Source: Tubulanus polymorphus (lineage: Eukaryota > Animalia > Nemertea). From it: DNA of 64,000 nt. The notes beneath the pieces were generated by a model, which saw only the letters and a program-made list of their open reading frames with translations, had not been told where the DNA came from and ran no database searches. Position numbers and translations under genes: made by a program. This document shows positions 46,413 to 60,929 of the stretch, in pieces (the stretch's first letter is position 1; every line of letters begins with the position of its first letter). The DNA is taken from positions 15,100,150 to 15,164,149 of the forward strand of contig NC_134026.1 in the NCBI RefSeq assembly GCF_964204645.1, given 5' to 3'.

Positions 46413-46772
46413 TTATTCGAAATCTATTTCATGGTGTCCTTTTTCATTCTTACCCTTATGTATGAAATAGAAATCACCTGTACATAATTCTTCTAAATCT
46501 TCACTTGATATTCTATAAAATCTATCTGGTAAATATGTTCTGAATTTATATTTGTTACCTTTTAATCCTTCATATTCTAAGTGAATAACTAATTTATCAC
46601 CATACCTATTAGTAAGTGTTTCAATATTTGTAATGAAATATTTCTTATGAATTGTTAATTCTGTTAACTTTTTGAATTTATAATCTACTGATTTAGCATT
46701 TGTGATATCTTTTATTCTGTCTAGAAATGATTTGTTGTTCTCACTGTGTACTTGATTACTCTCCACTTTAAT
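46413..46772 (-). CDS. Polinton small hypothetical protein (homologue of 52773-53126)
   Basis: FKKLTEL...TNRYGDKLVIHL...YLPDRF; open frame, start codon appears mutated to GTG. Confidence 0.6.
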   Translation of the reverse strand: MKVESNQVHSENNKSFLDRIKDITNAKSVDYKFKKLTELTIHKKYFITNIETLTNRYGDKLVIHLEYEGLKGNKYKFRTYLPDRFYRISSEDLEELCTGDFYFIHKGKNEKGHHEIDFE

Positions 46773-47011
46773 ATCAAATTTTTTACTAAAATTGAACATA
46801 ACACTTGTTGAGGCTTGTAAATTATGAGGCTTGTGATTGGCTAGTGTAATAGGGAATACTCAACTGTGATTGGATAGAGTAATATTCAACTGTGATTGGC
46901 TAGTGTAGTTTTCTAGAACCATCCTCCAACTAGAACCATCTAGAATCAACATGTATTACGCAATACTCAGCGTGTTGAGACTTGTAAATTATGAGACTTG
47001 TGATTAGATAG

Positions 47012-47133
47012 AGTAATAGGGAATAAGTTATTTCTTATCAAAGGTTGAAAGGTCGAAAAATAAATTCGAGTGTGCGAGAATTTATTTTTCGACCTTTCGA
47101 CCTTTGGTATGAAACAACTTATTCCCTATTACT
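47012..47133. repeat. 122-bp palindrome with Polinton-like AGTAAT...ATTACT ends
   Basis: AGTAATAGGGAATAAGTT...AACTTATTCCCTATTACT; centre AAATTCGAGTGTGCGAGAATTT. Confidence 0.85.
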
Positions 47134-48468
47134 GCTCTCGACCGTTCTCGTTAGTGCCTGCCGCATCAATCTATCCGAGCACAGCTAGTACACAATCACT
47201 GTACTACTGTAATAGCACAACGCTGTCGACCGTTCTCGTTAGTGCCTAGCCGTGATGAGTGATATGTCGACCTCTCGACCTCTGATCTGAAACCCACATT
47301 TTCCAATTACTTTAGCCTGTAACGACGTGCACATTTCACTCGCGTGAACGTGCGTATCGGTACCAACATGCGAAACTTGTCAAACTTTTGCGTTCAAGAC
47401 GCTTAGACTGAACATAAAAGAAGATATCATATCATATGATATCATATATATGAAATAGATGGAATGATAATGTAGTAGTTTTAAATGTTTCGTAGCTGCT
47501 GTCCATTGACCGCAGAACAAAGTTAATCCCCTGATATGAAATATATATATTGGTTATAGTGATGTAGTAGTTCAGTGAGAATTCAAACTTATGGTTAATT
47601 TCGAGTGATCACAACGCTGACCAATAGAGAAAGCTGTAAGGCCTAAGAAAAGATGCATTAAGTATAACATATCGTTCAATATAATGAAGAAGTATTCAAC
47701 TGGCCATCTGATCACAACAATTGTTTGACTTATCTTATTGAAAAATACCGGAGAGTTAATGGGAGATCCCTGAATTCGAAACAATTACACACTCAATCGA
47801 TATGTTGAAAACACAATTTGCAATTGGTGGAGATGCATATTTTGCACCAAAAGCATGAAGTATATTATCTCTTCTTAGGCTGCTTCGTATTAGCAGAAAG
47901 TTGCTAATTATTGATTTTATACAAAATAATCATAAGTACCATGAGACTCCATAGAATATCGTTTTTCAATCATATGTACACGAATTATCGCGATATAAAG
48001 ACAGATAGTACTTCTATATTTCAATACTCTATACTCTTTACGTCTTATACTGTATATTTCTTTAGCAGTGTAAGTAAAGAGTGGATCAGCAGGCCACCTG
48101 AGACCATTCCATGATCTAAGGTCAGTTGCCAAAAGTTAGTACGTTTTCCAGTTAATAGTTAACATTTATAATGACAATTAAAACTTGCTAACCATTGCTA
48201 AAATAACTTTATACTTGTAGAATAGTCACACTCAAATGCGGAGAATTGATAATACGATAATACGATACGAAAACTCACTGTGTACAAATTCAAAAAGATG
48301 ATCTCGAGTGAGAGATCGAACGTTGTGTCGTAATTTTCTGATGATAAAACTTGGTTTGAAATTTGAAGTGTGTACATAGTGGATCTTTTTCATATTAATT
48401 GTGTATTTGGTCATGTATAATGGTTAATTTAAACTAACCTTTGAGAAACTGGTCCCGGAGCAGTTGTA

Positions 48469-48620
48469 AGTAATTGGTAATGTCTTGTTTCAAGCCAAAG
48501 GTCGAGAGGTCGAGCTCATAAAAAAATGAAAGTAAATTCTCGCACGCTCGAATTTATTTTCATTTTTCTACTCACTCGCCCCCTCAACCTTTGACTTGAA
48601 ACAAGACATTACCAATTACT
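48469..48620. repeat. 152-bp palindrome with Polinton-like ends, at the left edge of Polinton E
   Basis: Perfect 26-bp IR AGTAATTGGTAATGTCTTGTTTCAAG; centre AAATTCTCGCACGCTCGAATTT. Confidence 0.88.
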
Positions 48621-48699
48621 GTAATAATATTCATATAAATGAATATTTTATATATGAATAACTTTTAAAATCAATTTTAATAAGAAATTTGATATTAAC

Positions 48700-51600
48700 A
48701 TGGAAGCAAATAAGAAGTACTACTGTTCAACATGTAAATTAATATAGATAAATCTCAAAAAGCAAGACACAATAAAACTAAAACACATTTAGCGAATAAA
48801 TTAAAGTTAAAATATAAAGATGATATATTAGAAACTAAATTGGATGAATTAAAGAATGAAAAAGAAATATATAAATGTGATACATTTAATCAATCATTCA
48901 GTAACAAAAGATATTATAAAGAATATTTAAAATCTAAAAGTCATATTACAAATATCAATAATGATTTTTTAGGTGAAGATTATTTTGATAATGATAATAA
49001 CGATAAGAAACAAAGCATAATTAAAATAATAAAAAATAAATTAAACAATAAAAGACCATACATGGAAGATGTTAGAAATTATATTAATTCATTAGATAAT
49101 AAAAAAGAAATAGAGATAACTGAAGCATTTAAAAGTGATATTGGCCCAGCAGCTATCGAGTTTAAATTTCATAAAGGTAAAACATTAGAAGAAAATAAAA
49201 AATATATAGAAAATATGAAAAGTATTATAAAAATAATTACAGACGTAGAATACCCTAAAATTAGCATATCGGTTTAAGTAAGATTTTTGAAGATGAACCA
49301 ATTTATAATATAAATTCACATTCACAACATATTATTTCAAAACAGCATATAGATGATAAATTAGATAAATGTTATGATGAAATAAAAAGTAAAATAGAAG
49401 AGAAATATTTTGGAGGATCAGGTTTAACATTTGATGAAATAATATTTACATGTATACAATACAAAATATAATAAATTAACTAAATCAAAACCAATTGATG
49501 AAAGTAATTTATCATATAATAAAGATGATAATATAAATGGATCAAGTTACATTAAACTACCATTCAAAACTAGTGCTGTGATAAATGTACAAAATGAAGA
49601 GGATAAATGTTTTCTATGGTCAATAATTACATCCAGTTGAAGATTATAAACACAATAGTTTTAGATTAACACATTATAAACCATTTGAAAATAATTATAA
49701 GATAGATAATTATCCTGTTAGAATTAAAAATATCCCAAAAATAGAAAGAGATAATAATCTAAAGATAAATGTATTCGATTTAATCAAATTACCAAAAACA
49801 AAAGGTAACAATATAAAACATTATACATTAGAACCTTTATACCTATCAACAGATTATGATTCAAATGGTCTTATAGATATATTATATTATGAGAATCATT
49901 ATACGTCGATTAAAAGAATTGATTTATTTTTCATTCAGAAAATGATTTTGATAATAAAATATATCTATGTAGAAAATGTTTACATAAATTCAGTAATGAA
50001 AAAGCATTATTAAATCATAAACAATCATGTGAAAATCATGATTATTGTAAAATTATTTTACCAAATGAAAAATATAAAATATTAGAATTCAAAAAATATG
50101 ATTACAAAAAAAAGTACCATTTGCAATATATGGGGATTTTGAATCATTAAATAATGAATTAACTGACCAAGATAGAAAAGAAATATATTATAAATGAAAG
50201 AAATTAAATTCTAATTAAAATGATGTAATTGATTATTCAGATCCTATTAAACTAATAACAAATACTATTAAAAAGATTCATCAATCAGCTACAGCTTTCG
50301 GGTTATATGTAAAATCAGATTATCCAGAATTAATTAAAAGTGAATATTATCATTATAGAAATGAAAATGTATCAATCATTTTTGTGACTTATTAATTGAA
50401 TATGAAATAAAATTTAATGAAAAGTTAAATGAAAATAAAGAAATCATAATGACAAAAGACGATAAAGAAGAATTTGAGTTTGCTGATAAATGTTTTTATT
50501 GTGAAAAGACATTTAATATAAAAGATAAAAAAGTAAGAGATCATAATCATTTGAATGGTAAATTTAGAGGTGCGGCGCATGAGAATTGTAACTTACAAGC
50601 TAAAAAAATTAATTATGTTCCAGTAATATTTCATAATTTATCAGGGTATGATACTCATTTATTTACCAAAAAGCTATGTCATAAAATAGGAGAAATCAAT
50701 AATGAAATAGAAAGATTAAATTCAAATAAATCAAAAGATAAAATACCAACTTATAAATTTAAAATGTTAGCTAAAACATCTGAAAATTATATATCGTTCC
50801 AATTTGGGTGTTTAAGATTTATAGATTCATATAGATTTTTAAGTAGTTCATTAGATAATTTATCAAAATCATTAGTTGATGATGAATTAAAAATATTGAA
50901 GCAACACTATCCAAATAATGATGATTTTCAATTAATGAGATATAAAGGAGCAATTCCATATTCATTTTATAAAAATCATTATGATTTTAATATAACTGAA
51001 TTATTTAAAGAACAATTCTATGATGAATTAAAAAATGAATATGCTAAAGATGAAGTATATAATAGAACAATGAATATTTGGAATCATTTTGGAATAAAAA
51101 ATCATGGTGAATTAGTAGATTTATATTTAAAATCAGATGTAATATTATTAACTGATATATTTGAAAGGTTTAGAGATGTACATCTAAAATATTTTGATAT
51201 CGATCCTTGCCACTGTTATTCTAGTCTAGGTTTAACTTGGGACTGTGGTTTAAGATTTACAGATATAAAAATGGATTTCTTAACAAATATAGATCAATTA
51301 TTATTATTTGAAAAATCTATAAGAGGAGGAGTTGCAGGTGTATTAGGTGATAGATATTTCAATGTAAATGATAATCCTGTATATAAGTTATTATATATAG
51401 ACGCAGATAATCTATATGGTTGGGCAATGATGGAACCTCAGCCAAATGGAGTATTTCAAATAACTGAAGTTTTACAGTATGAAAATAATGATAAATTTGA
51501 TTGGAAGAAAAGAATTCTAGATATTGCAGATGATTCAGATACTAGTTAATTGTTTCTTGTAGATTTAGAATACCCTGATCATATTAAATTTAAATCTAGA

Positions 51601-52733
51601 AATCTAGCATACTGTCCAGAACATAAAACTGTAACACATGAAGAATTATCAAATTATCGAAAAAGAATTAAACCTGATAATCATATTCATACAGAAAAGT
51701 TTATGGTAACTCAGGAAGATAAATATAATTATGTAGTACATTATAGAATTTTAAAATTCTATTTGAATCAAGGAATGATTCTAAAAAAAGTACATAGATA
51801 TATTTCATTCAGTCAATCTAAATGGTTAGAAAAATATATAGATTTTAACACCAAACAGAGAACTAAAGCTAAAACTGATTTTGAGAACGATTTTTTCAAA
51901 CTAATGAATAATTCATTCTATGGTAAGACTTGTGAAAATATTAGAAATAGAAATGATATTGAGTTAGTTAGTAATGGTAAAAGAATTAGACATTTACAAA
52001 CATATCCTAAATTTATTGGTGACAGAATATTTGATGAAAGTTGTTAAAATGAGAAGAACTTCTATGAAGTTCAATAAACCAATTTATGTTGGAGCAACAG
52101 TTTCAGAAATATCAAAATTATTAATGTATGAATTTTATTATAACGTATTACAACCACATTTTGGAAAAAAATATATAGAAATCTTATACTTTGATACCGA
52201 CAGTTACATATTAACATTTACATAGATTAAAACTAATAATATAACAGATGATTTAAAAACATTAAAACATCATTTCGACTTCAGTGATTATCCTAAAAAT
52301 CATGAATTAAATAGCAATGATAATAGAAAGGTTCCTGGGAAGTTAAAGGATGAATTAGGAGGTGAAGAAATGATAGAATTTATAGGTATTAGATCTAAAA
52401 TCTGTTCATATAAAACTAATACTCATGAAGCTAAAAAGTTAAAAGGAATTACAAAAAGCGTTGTTGAAAAAAATATTCATTTCAAAGATTACATCAATTG
52501 TATATTCAATGAAAAAGTTAGAAAACATAAGATGAAATGTTTAAGATCTGAAGATCATGAAATGTTTATTGAAGAGATAGAGAATATAAGTTTGAATCCA
52601 TTTGATGATAAAACATGTTTTAGATGATGGTATACACACAGTCGCTTATGATTGCAATTTAGATGAATACTTAAAATTTAAAAGAGAAGAAACAAAAGAG
52701 AATGAGATTATGAAAAGGATTCTAACATGTTAA
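48700..52733 (+). pseudogene. Full-length but fragmented pPolB (intein-free), Polinton E
   Basis: IYGDFES, DHNHL.GKFRGAAH..CNL, YIDADNLYGWAM, NNSFYGKT, YFDTDS, KLKGI, PFDDK; many stops and frameshifts. Confidence 0.93.
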
Positions 52734-52772
52734 TCGGCTTTAATTCAATTTTGATAAAAATATGTATAATAA

Positions 52773-53126
52773 ATGGAGAGTAATCAAGTACACAGTGAGA
52801 ACAAAAAATCATTTCTAGATGGAATAAAAGATATCACAAATGCAAAATCACTAGATTATAAATTTAAGAAGTTAAATGAACTAACAATTCGTAAGAAATA
52901 TTTAATTACTAATATTGAAACAATTACTGATATATATGGAGATGAATTAGTTATTCACTTAGAATATGAAGGATTAAAAGGAAAAAAATATAAATTCAGA
53001 AAATATTTACCACATAGATTTCATAGATTATCAAGTGAAGATCTAGAAGAATTGTGTCCAGGTGATTTCTATTTCATATATAAAGGTAAGAATGAAAAAG
53101 GGCACCATTATATAGATTTCGAATAA
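52773..53126 (+). CDS. Polinton small hypothetical protein (117 aa)
   Basis: Homologue of 46413-46772; TAAATG start. Confidence 0.65.
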   Translation: MESNQVHSENKKSFLDGIKDITNAKSLDYKFKKLNELTIRKKYLITNIETITDIYGDELVIHLEYEGLKGKKYKFRKYLPHRFHRLSSEDLEELCPGDFYFIYKGKNEKGHHYIDFE

Positions 53127-53142
53127 AAAATATGTAAAATAA

Positions 53143-53909
53143 ATGCAAAATAAATTGAAAGAATACAGAATATTTGTTGATTTAGAAGGCTTACAAATTA
53201 AAAATCACATAATTTACTAGTTCAATTAGATAGGGAATTTTAGAATTGTGTAGATTTAAAATTAGTAAATATAAGTTTATGTAACTCTTTTTATGATGTA
53301 TCGGATAAAAGTCTTGATCATAATGCTTTTATGATTCATGTTAGGAGAAATAATAAATGGTATAATCTATTTCTAAAACCAGGATTATATAATTTAGAGA
53401 CTTTAGCGCAAGAAATTAATAGAAAGTCTAAGACAAAAATGGGCGCAGCTGCTGGATTTGGAATTGAATTTATTAAAAGTGATATTAATAATGAATTAAG
53501 AATGAAGTTAGCTAATGAAAAACAGCATAAATTTATAGTGAGAAAACCATTAGCTAAAATTTTAGGAATTGCACCAAATAAACTTCATGCAAATGTTGAT
53601 GGTATAGCAAATATAATGCCTTTTACACACTTTTGTATTTATTGCAATTTAATTGATCCTACAAAGACATTTGAAGCAACTAAAGATACAATTTGTAATT
53701 CTAGTATATTAAATATTTTACCAATAAAAAATGTTAAACAATTTCGAACGCAAATAAATTATAATTTACATTTTTCTGAATGTGATTTCAAACCATGCAT
53801 TCCAAAATTTAATAATTTTAGATTAGAAATTAGAAATCATAATGGATACTTAATTGATTTAAATAACTTTCCTGTAATTTATGAATTAGTTATAAGATGT
53901 AGAGAGTAA
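53143..53909 (+). pseudogene. Probable minor capsid (penton-like) protein, Polinton E
   Basis: Homologue of 45640-46398; KPGLYNLETLAQEIN, HFCIYCNLIDP, IRNHNGYLIDLNNFPV. Confidence 0.55.
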
Positions 53910-53925
53910 TTTTTTCACTATATAA

Positions 53926-56900
53926 ATGAATATAACAGTAGGACCGAGCATATGTTTTGGATTTGATTTTAAACGTGAGAAAGAAATTAAATTTGATATT
54001 AATGATGTAATAACACTTATCAAGAATATTGCATTTTTTAATGAAACAACATTTGAATATGAAAAAACAATAGATAAAGAAATTTTGAATATAGAAAAGA
54101 TTACTGATTTAATTAAAGAATCTTTAAGATTTTATGAATTTGATGAAGATTTTATTATCTATGATATCAAAAAATAATGACTGAAATATATACAAATAAA
54201 ACTAATAATATTATAAATATTGAAATAATTATAACTAAGTTTACTAAATATTTTGAAGATAGTATTTTTTTGATAAATAAATGAGCGATAATAAGTGGAT
54301 AATAACTGGTTTATATAATGGAGCATTATTATCAGTGGAAACTGTTGGTTACAATTGTATTAAAAAAAGTATTTAGAATGGGAAATATTAATGTTGATAG
54401 ATTTGATATCAATGATATTTTGAAATTAACATTAGCAGTTACTTTATCTAATTCAACTATTGATTATTTAGAAAAACAAAAATATATTCCTCCTATATAA
54501 ATGCGTAATTTTCTTTCTAAATAAATGGCTTCTGCAATTATAACTATTATAGGATCAGCAATTGTTAACGCTTTAGCATTTACAGGTGGTGGTTATTTAT
54601 TTAAGCATATAGATAAAAATGGTTCATTAGCAGAACAAAGAAGACATAACTTAGCATTAGAAAAATACAGTAAAGCAGCAGAAGAATATAGAGAAGAGAG
54701 ACAAAACTGTATGGATTATATTAATAAAGAATTATATGATCAGAAAATTACACATTTTTTCAAGAGATTTTCAATCAGTTGATGAAGCTATGAGTTTATA
54801 TAACGCAGTAACAAATAAAGAAAAATTACATCTATATAAACCTAAATTATCAGATTATTATACCCCAAGTAAAGACCAACAGAAATATGAAATAATTTGG
54901 ATTTTAGGTGGAACAGTTATTGTTATATTTATAGCATATAAATTTACTAATTAGTAATTTCTTTTCTAAATAAATGGATGATAACGTATATTAATATTGA
55001 TATTATTCCTCATGATATCAGTAAAACTAAATTAAAATTATATTTTGAAAAACAAATATTAGAATTTGAAAATGATTTAAAAGTTAAAAAGAAAGAATAT
55101 TTAAAAAGCAATATTATATATCCTTTTTATTATTAGTGGTTCAGTTACTATTAGTTCGATGATAACATTTTTAGCAATATTCTCACCATTAACACCTTTA
55201 GCTATCTCAATTGGCGTGCAAGGTAAGTTCAAGTGTTTTTACCGGAATAAGTTCAAAATTAAATATAAAAGGTAATAAAGAAAAAATAAAATCTAATATA
55301 AAGAATTAAATAAATTAAAAAATACATTAGATTATATAATAAGTTTAAATGGTAATATAACAATTCAAGAGCAGGATAAATTATTAAAAGAATTAATAAA
55401 TTATTAATTTTTTTGTAATATAAATGGTAGATAGTTTTCCAAAAGCTTTCCAATATAATAAATCAATTGAATATAATATTCCTGCAATAGATTTTGATAA
55501 AGATATTTCATATAGAAATGAAGTTTTTAATTCATTAATTAATTTAGATATTTATGTTACTGAAACTAATAATTTTAATGTTAAAATGGAAAATATATCT
55601 CATGTATATTTGATTAATTTTATAAAATTGAAAGATGAAAAACAATGGTTATTAACATCTAATATGAAGTATTGGCAGAACCAATTAAATTTTGCAGTTT
55701 ATTGTGCAACAACAGGATGTGGAATAAGTTGGAATGATCATTTGAATAATTCTAAATATGAATTAATTCAAAGTTTATTTAGATTTCATACTTATTTTCA
55801 AATAAGATTAATATTAAATGAATTAGAGACCCCTTTGCCAGGATCTAGATATTTTAAAGAATTAGATAATAATATTAATTTATCAAAGTTTTATAAAATT
55901 TGTAATGAATTTAATATAGATGTAAATAATTCTGATTTTAGAACAAAAATTGGACCAAAAAGATCACTTCCTTGCGCTAAAAAGATTGCAGAATATTGTG
56001 CACTTCCCATGCCAATTAATAGTTATTACAATATCTATAATGATAAATTAGGTTATGGTAAAATAGAAAATACGGATTTAGAAACATTAAATTTCAGTAA
56101 ATTACCGAAATTTTATGATAATTTAAAACAAGAAAACAATAATGGTTGGGTTTATTTTATTTTAGAAAATAGTGAAGGATTTACAAAAGCTGGTATATAA
56201 AGAATAAATCAATCAATTAGAACTTATTTGATATGTATTCTAGGATCACAGGTTGAAACAAGATCCCCAATAATTGGAAATTTAAATACATCATTTGATA
56301 CACAAAAACAATCCAAAGTATTATTTGAAGATTCCATTCATAATGATAAAAATAGATCGATTCCAGAAAATATAGTTAGGTACCAAAATTATTTAGATAA
56401 ATCTCGTATAAGATTAGATTATTGTATAGGGCCCAATTTATTAATTATTTCTGATGATTTAATATTAAAGATGGGAAATATAATTGGTTATAATAATTTA
56501 ATGAAGACTGCAACAATAAATAATTCATTTGGATTAAATGATATAAATAAAAGGATTATTACTGCTCCAAAACCAATGGAAGGTGAAACAATTAAAAAAC
56601 ATATTCAATCAACAGAAACTAAAACAAAAAATATTAAATTGGATAATGATTCTAAAATAAAAGATTACAATACTACAGAAAGTATAGAAACTGATATTAT
56701 TCAACATGATATAATTAGAACTAATAATGATAATAAATCCCATGAAAATACTTAATTAGCTATAACTTGTATAGGAATTGTAATTGGAGGAATATTATAT
56801 TTCAAATTTTAATTTTTGTAAGATATAAATGGAAGTAGGTGGAGAAGCTTATGAAATGGGAGAAATGGGAAATAATAATGATGGATTCATACCTGATGAA

Positions 56901-57787
56901 CCACAAACTGATTTTAATGAAACTAATATTGATAATGATGATGGATCAGCATATAGTTCTAATTTAGCAGATAGTGGTTCTAAAGCCCCTTCAACAGACG
57001 AGTTTGATAAAAAAAAACTAGATCGAGAATAAATGCTGAAAACGAAAATCCAGATTTAGTAAAACAAAATTTAGAAAATAATGAATTCATATATAATTTC
57101 CAACCTATATCTGAAAGATCTGGATATAATATAAATAATAAAGGTGCTAGACCTTTAGTACAAGAACTAAAATCGTTAGATGGTGAATATTATTATCATT
57201 TGGAAGATGATTATTATATTAATATCACTTGTAAAAATTTAAAAAAAATATTAGCAGTATCAACTTTGAGTAATTTACAACCATCTAGAATTAAAAGAAT
57301 AAGTAATAGTAATGAAATAGAAAATGTTACCGACACAGAAATAAATCAAAATAAAAGAGTATTTAAAGAAAGAATTAATGAATTATTTGAAACAATCAAT
57401 AATAATTTAGAAACAGAAACAACTTCTGAACAGAATATGACATCCAAAACTAGTAAACTTAAATCAAATAAAGTTCCAATTGAAAAACTTTTACCGAATG
57501 GATTAAAAGATGCAACGGATCAACAATTAGAAGATTTAAATATATTTTCTGATGAAGCATTTAGAGAAATTATAAGTATACGAAATAAAGATGATAAATT
57601 TGCACATGACAAAAGTATAAGAGATTTTAAAATTAGAACTTTAGAAAAAGATAGAACTGATAAAATTAAAGAAATAGAACAATCAAAATTAGATGGAGAT
57701 AATAAATTTATTGAAGAAATTGAATTTAAAAAAAGGAATGCATATTTAGACAAAGAAAAAGATGATTTAGAATATAAATCCTTCTAA
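53926..57787 (+). pseudogene. Series of Polinton E hypothetical genes (53926, 54281, 54525, 54974, 55424-56810, 56829)
   Basis: Each starts in TAAATG context. Includes ALAFTGGGYLF..EQRRHNLALE and WQNQLNFAVYCATTGCGIS..FRFHTYFQIR..GFTKAG motifs; most are broken. Confidence 0.7.
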
Positions 57788-60332
57788 GAATTCAAGAATA
57801 TCTAATGCTATTAAAGCAGAAGGATCTCATCATATAATTACTCATAATCCTTCTAATATTAATCCTGATGAAACCTTATATGTTAGAATTCCTTGATTAA
57901 CACAAAATACTTTTTAACACAAAATACTTTTTATGTTCCAAATAGTATTTATTTATCAGCTGATATAAAAGTAACTGGTCATGATAATAATTATGTTGTT
58001 GATAATGTTGGAAGATATTAAATTGAAAAATTAATTGTAAAGATTGGAACAGAAACAGTTTTCTCATTAGATGATTATAATTTATTTATGCATTACAAAG
58101 ATTTATGGTTAACAAAAGAAAATAGAAATAATATGATATTTCAAGGCATCCAATCAGAAAATCAAAATAAAATATAGCTGCAAGCAGCGATAACGGGTTT
58201 CTGCCTTTCTGGGTAGAATGTCGTTCAGGGATGTGAGTAAAGATTTCACCCAAAATCAGTTCGTTACATACCGTTTTTTTGAAAGAGTGCCACCAAGGGG
58301 GTCAACTCAAAACATGGATATGTTGGCCCACATATGCTACTACGCGCAAAGTACTAATGTGCCAGGTTGGTTTTGGGGAAAATAACATGAAGCTACGGTG
58401 TTTTTACCATTCCCTAGTGACAGTTTAAGCGCATATATATTCGGTTATTATTAGTTCCGAAGAAAAGTCGACTAGATAAGAAAACCGAATTTGGCCCAAA
58501 GCACAAATTTGGCCAATAGGGTAAACTATGCAGGAGGGAAGGCCTTATAGTGTTACTATTAGTAGAGGAGTGACAAGTCAGTCTGACAAGTCAAGCGATC
58601 AGATGGGGACTACAATTCACATATGAAATTGACGTCCAATAACCATTATAAAAACATAATCACGAACGGTACCATCACTCCCCATTACTGACTGTCACTG
58701 GTCTCTGGGTAGCAATCATTCTTTATCGGTGCAGTGGATAGGTATTTTCATCTGACTTTGTTCTTCTATGACATTACCATCGCCGTGATGTACATGTACA
58801 AGGGACCTCCAATTTGTAATGTATGTGATGTATAAACTGACTTTAGACCGTTTAATATCGACAATAACAAGGTATCACCGACGCTGACATTTTCTGACCC
58901 TTACTAGTATGACCCGCCTTTTGGACCGGACCAATTCAATTCAATTAGGAAAACGCGTACCGGTACAGTAAATAAATAAACCGCTGTTGATTTTTCGAAG
59001 TATTGATATCCACGAACAAAATTATACTATTATAGTATGTTTAAAAGGAACTGCTTTTAATAACAGTATGAATAAACATACTTCACAAACAAGGAAGTAC
59101 ATTTTTAACTTGTGAATGGTCGAACCCCAGTTATTCACAGTAACCTGTGATTTGGATATTCTCGGAGCCTTCCTTCTTTATTTATTTATGAAATGACGTC
59201 ACAAACATTCAGATTCGCGCCAGTATGCGCGCCATGATCGATGATTGCTATTTCCACTGGTGTTATCTTTAAGTAACTTCAAGTTTAAAATAGGAAGCAC
59301 AGTACATCCTTAGAAACTACGCGCAGAAAGAGAATGTTATATTATTATCAGAGTTTAACATTTCGTTTCAAAGTTGTTAGTAGTCAAATCTAGTAGAAGA
59401 TGATTTTTATGTGACGAAACTCAGTGGAAAATATGTTAAAATAATAATCAACAGGAATCCAATAGGGTTTCTGCAGAGGCAGCAGAAACCCTAATCAAGA
59501 TCAGAAGCTAATAATGCAGTAGTTACTAATGCTACAGATAATTTGATAAAAAAGATTTATGGTAGTAAATATAAAATTCCATTAGATTTTGAATTGATTA
59601 ATAATAATGCGCCTTTATATAAATATGCAATTCAGGGATATTATATTCGAAATAACATTTGCTCCTGGTAATGAAATTGTATTATCAAGTGTCGTTAAAG
59701 ATATGGGTTATAAATTATCAAATATATGTTTAGAATATGATACAGTAACTGATGAAAATATGGCGAGCACAATTCAAACTCAATATTATGAAGGATCTTC
59801 ATTATTATATGATTATATTGAAAAATTTAAAATTGTAACTATTAATGCAAATGATGAAATAATTAATGAGAATATTAACTTCCCAAGAAGATCCATTAAA
59901 GGCTTATTAATATTTTTTACAATTGCAACATATTCTAATGGTGCAATAAATGTTGATAATTATTATAATCCTGAAATATCAAAAGTAGAAATAACAATTA
60001 AAGGTATAGCAAATAAAGTATTTTGCCAGGGAATGAGAACGATTGATCAATGGCCAGAAATTAGAAAACATTTTATGAATGAAAAAATTAAATCATCTGA
60101 AATTGTAATATTAATCAAATAGATTATTATACCGGCAATAAATATGCACTATGGTTAGATTTTAGAACAACAGAGGATAACTTATTACGTGGTTCTGGTA
60201 ATGGTTCTGGTGTGGGATACAATTATTCATGAAAAAGAAAAAAGGAATCAAAAATTTAAAAATGCTCATTAATATTATATCTGACGCGCAATTAAATATT
60301 ATAAATTCTCAATTGAATAGTGTTATGTATTA
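57775..60332 (+). pseudogene. Probable major capsid protein, Polinton E, interrupted by a HINE
   Basis: Homologue of 42100-43350; split at 58171-59493. Confidence 0.65.
58171..59493 (-). mobile_element. Second Helentron-type non-autonomous element (HINE-like), ~1.3 kb
   Basis: AATATAGCTGC-AA-GCAGC-GATAACGGGTTTCTG at left and palindrome AGGGTTTCTGC-AGAGGCA-GCAGAAACCCT at right: the same terminal architecture as 1367-7918, inverted. MCP frame continues across it. Confidence 0.75.
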
Positions 60333-60544
60333 AAATTTCAATTTCAATAATAAATTTTATAATAAATGGAAGGAGGAATATATAAAATACAAAGTCCAAG
60401 TGAATTGATATCAGATATATATTATATAATACCTCATGATGAATATAGTAAGTATTTTGGAGAATACTTTAATCAATTCAAATAAAGAATAAGTAAAATA
60501 GATAATAATAAAAGTTTCGTTGTTGATAATTTAAGTAATGAAAT

Positions 60545-60650
60545 TGATAATAATGTTATTCCTTCGACATCTGATAATGTTATACCTTCTACATCTGATA
60601 ATGCTTTACATTCTACATCTGATAATGTTTACCTTCTACATATAATAATG
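60545..60650 (+). repeat. 24-bp coding minisatellite (GATAATGTTATACCTTCTACATCT)~4
   Basis: Four tandem units in the Polinton E relic gene. Confidence 0.8.
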
Positions 60651-60929
60651 AAATAATATTAAAATATTGTGAAAATAGAAATTATTGTGGTTATTGTAAA
60701 GGCGAATTTTCAAACAGTCTATCAAATTGGAATAACCATATGAATACAGCTGTACATATTACTAATGTTATAAACGTGTTGGTTTAAGAGAATTTATAGA
60801 ACACCCATTTAGATATGTAACAAAGTTTGTTTCAAATAAAAAAGTAAATGGTAAAGATTTATATAAAGATTTATTAGGTTAATTTTTATCTAAGGAACCT
60901 GAACTCAGTAAAGCTGAATTAGATTTAAC

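Larger units (their letters stand above)
48469..60929 (+). mobile_element. Polinton E (degraded): pPolB followed co-directionally by the structural module
   Basis: polB 48700-52733, small ORFs, penton-like and MCP-like genes; truncated on the right by an LTR. Confidence 0.85.

Noticed and set aside
47312-48468. Short ORFs between Polintons C and E (similarly 36140-37000 and 7340-7700)
   Set aside because: No recognisable motifs or termini; left unannotated.
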